Source: Neoconidiobolus thromboides FSU 785
Taxonomy: Eukaryota > Fungi > Entomophthoromycota
Reading direction: 5' to 3'
Length of the DNA stretch: 64,000 nt
NCBI GenBank assembly: GCA_025603075.1
Contig: MU626377.1
Coordinates: 306-64,305, forward strand
Part shown: positions 61,878-64,000 of the stretch, in pieces
Position numbering within the stretch: position 1 is the stretch's first letter
Layout: each line of letters begins with the position of its first letter
Notes under the pieces: model-generated
The model's input: only the letters and a program-made list of their open reading frames with translations
What the model was told of the DNA's origin: nothing
Database searches by the model: none
Made by a program: the position numbers and the translations under genes

Positions 61878-62188
61878 TTAATACAAAATAAGTAGCTCGA
61901 AGAAACAAAATTTACTTTAATAATAAAGCAAAAAACAAATTATTTGAGAAAAATGCCAATTAAATTAAGTAAAATTGACTAGCATTAACCCTGGTTTTAA
62001 TTCTTAATTTAACTATTAATATTTTTACAAATATAGTGATTTGTTATATATATAGCAGTGTTTTTTTAATTGAAATAGTGTAATAAACTACAAAGTAATT
62101 TTTTTTAAAAATTCCAACTAATATTGTAAATAAAGCTTTATTTTCATAAGTATTAAATAATTTTTTTAAATTCAAGGTTCAAAAGATT

Positions 62189-62293
62189 ATATTGGGATGT
62201 TTTCTTTGTTTCATTGCTTTTTTCATTTTTTAAGCGCTATTTGAGTGCAAAGATTGTTAGTAAAATTATTAAACAAAAAACATATCCTTATTT
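62189..62293 (-). mobile_element. MITE family A copy
   Basis: TGGGATGT...ATATCCTT, flanks ATAT/ATTT. Confidence 0.82.
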
Positions 62294-62297
62294 TATT

Positions 62298-62540
62298 TGT
62301 TACACGTAATACGTTAAGGAAGAGTAAAGTGGAGTCAGGATTAGCCTAGGACAATTATTAAAGAAAGAAGTGGATTTAAAAATGAAGTTACTCATGGCAG
62401 ACATCAAGAGAACATAGGATAATATAAGGTGATTGAGTGGACTTTGTTAAGAGCTCCTGAGGATGGTACACTCGACCTCCAAATAAATGATCCTGAGACA
62501 CTCAGTAAATAGAGAAGCACGGGAAGATTTGAACAAACAT
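62298..62540 (+). mobile_element. LTR-like family F copy (3'-truncated)
   Basis: Starts TGTTACAC, aligns with the reverse complement of 23400-23640. Confidence 0.5.
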
Positions 62541-62701
62541 TTATAACCTTATAATTGCTTTAAATATTTTTAGTTGACTTCAAAAGTTATAGTTTTATTC
62601 AATATTGAATAAGTTTATTAAAATAAAAAACTACAGATTCATTAAGTAAACTTTGTTTTAGTTCAAGGTTTACTATCTTGTTATAAAGCACTAATGATAA
62701 A

Positions 62702-62798
62702 ATATGAGGATGTATTTTTAAGGATTTTACCAATAAATTTTCCACTCAAATAGCGCTTAAAAAATGGAAAAAGTGGTGAAACCAAAAACACCCCATAA
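62702..62798 (+). mobile_element. MITE family A copy
   Basis: GAGGATGT...ACACCCC, flanks ATAT/ATAA, 50 bp beyond the GPCR stop codon. Confidence 0.85.
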
Positions 62799-62848
62799 AC
62801 TTAATAATTTGAACTTTATTATGTAGTGAGTAAACTTTAGACATGTTA

Positions 62849-64000
62849 TTATAAAGTCCTAATAAATTTTTTTAGAGCAGTGTCTTCATTATTGAAATTT
62901 CCATCTTCATGGTTTGTACTATTTTTGTCAATCCCACCGCTAAGATAAATTCCTTGAAAATTTAAATTACTATATATTACTAAAATTTGGTATCATAGTT
63001 ACCTTCGTTATGATCCTTATCAGCGTTCAAATCTTTCTTTAATACAAATCTATAATAAAGTGATTTAAAGGCTTCATGAATCGTAGGGTCTAAACAGAAA
63101 GCAATGAAATTAAGCGACCCAGCTAGTGATGATCCCATTATAGACCAGTTTTTTAGATATAGGGGACGTGTTCCATTTATATCAAAGTACGTCTGTGAAA
63201 CAACAACACCAGTATGGGTGAATATCATAATAGCTGGGTACAAAATGCTAAAAAAGTTTTAATCAAAAGTTTAATTTTTTTTACAATGTTTACATTCTAT
63301 AGCCTAATTGTTTTACATATTTTACAGCTTTTACAGAAGCATCAGAACCAGTAGAAAAACCTTGATTTTGGATGGTATTGATGTTTTTTGACAACCTTAG
63401 CAGTACTAAAATAACTACAATAAGGAGGTAAACCATTACAACTATATAGGTGAGCTGAAATACTAATAAATCAAAAATTTTTGCATCGCTTGCATTAGCA
63501 ATAACAATATAACATCCTTGATCTTTAGCATACCCGAGCTTACCAAGAGCTATTCATAAAATGTAAATAAATTTATAATGCACTAATTATATACCTAATG
63601 GGATCGTTGCACATATAAATGCTACTGTCAAAGATATAGCCCAATAAGCAATTTCTATCCATTTAGTAACAGCCTTATTATGAAGAAATGTTCGTTGTAA
63701 GTTTATTCCAACACAAGCGTTGAAAAAAGCATACAATAATGGGAAAAAGAAAAACTGCCATCCAATAAATGTACACATCGCACTCGGTGACTTGGCATAT
63801 GGTCTTATCCATAAGTGTGTGGTATGCAGCCAGATATCATAGCATGATATGACTGTTTGTAAGCGCAAAGAAACACGGTTAACTAACTTCCAGTCATAGA
63901 TACCTAGATTGAATGTTTAATATCCATCATATTATTTTTTTCTAAAAGACAATACTAAGGCATATCATTGTTAGTATAACTAGGAATGCAAAGAACGCAG
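62849..64000 (-). CDS. 7TM GPCR-like receptor, third paralog; 5' end lies beyond the window
   Basis: VNRVSLRLQTVISCYDIW, MCTFIGWQ, GSLNFIAFCLDPTI. Same intron pattern as 25048 and 27604. Ends ALKKFIRTL*. Confidence 0.75.

Noticed and set aside
250-62798. Interpretation of family A as a CRISPR array or bacterial REP-type repeat
   Set aside because: The context is eukaryotic with introns, copies are dispersed in both orientations with no regular spacers or cas genes, and TIRs plus TSDs indicate a MITE.
250-62798. TA target duplication (Tc1/mariner/pogo) for family A
   Set aside because: It fits the ATAT copies but not the AAAT/AAAT and ATTT/ATTT direct repeats.

Overview
This window is very AT-rich eukaryotic DNA with short (~45-60 nt) GT-AG introns and a Zn2Cys6 gene, so it is fungal. 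It is most consistent with an early-diverging fungus (Entomophthorales/Conidiobolus-like; inference only). Intact genes: three MATE transporters, cohesin SCC3/STAG, polynucleotide kinase-phosphatase, a GST, argininosuccinate synthase, MTA phosphorylase, three paralogous 7TM receptor-like genes, a class A-like 7TM gene, a CENP-B/pogo HTH-only protein, two Tyr-rich small secreted peptides, an OSH3-like oxysterol-binding protein, a Zn2Cys6 factor, an NADP-dependent alkenal reductase and an NmrA/IFR-like reductase. Pseudogenes include two class-3 lipases and a GST. The dominant non-genic structure is a ~99-bp MITE-like element with about 34 copies (~29 near full length). It has GGGGATGT...ACATCCCC termini and a 4-bp AWWT target duplication (ATAT, AAAT or ATTT). 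It forms abutting dimers and shows CpG decay. A decayed transposase-like frame, two solo-LTR families and other TE debris also lie in the window. Exon boundaries were read by eye, so coordinates of degenerate elements are approximate. MITE strand '+' means the orientation starting GGGGATGTATTTTTG.
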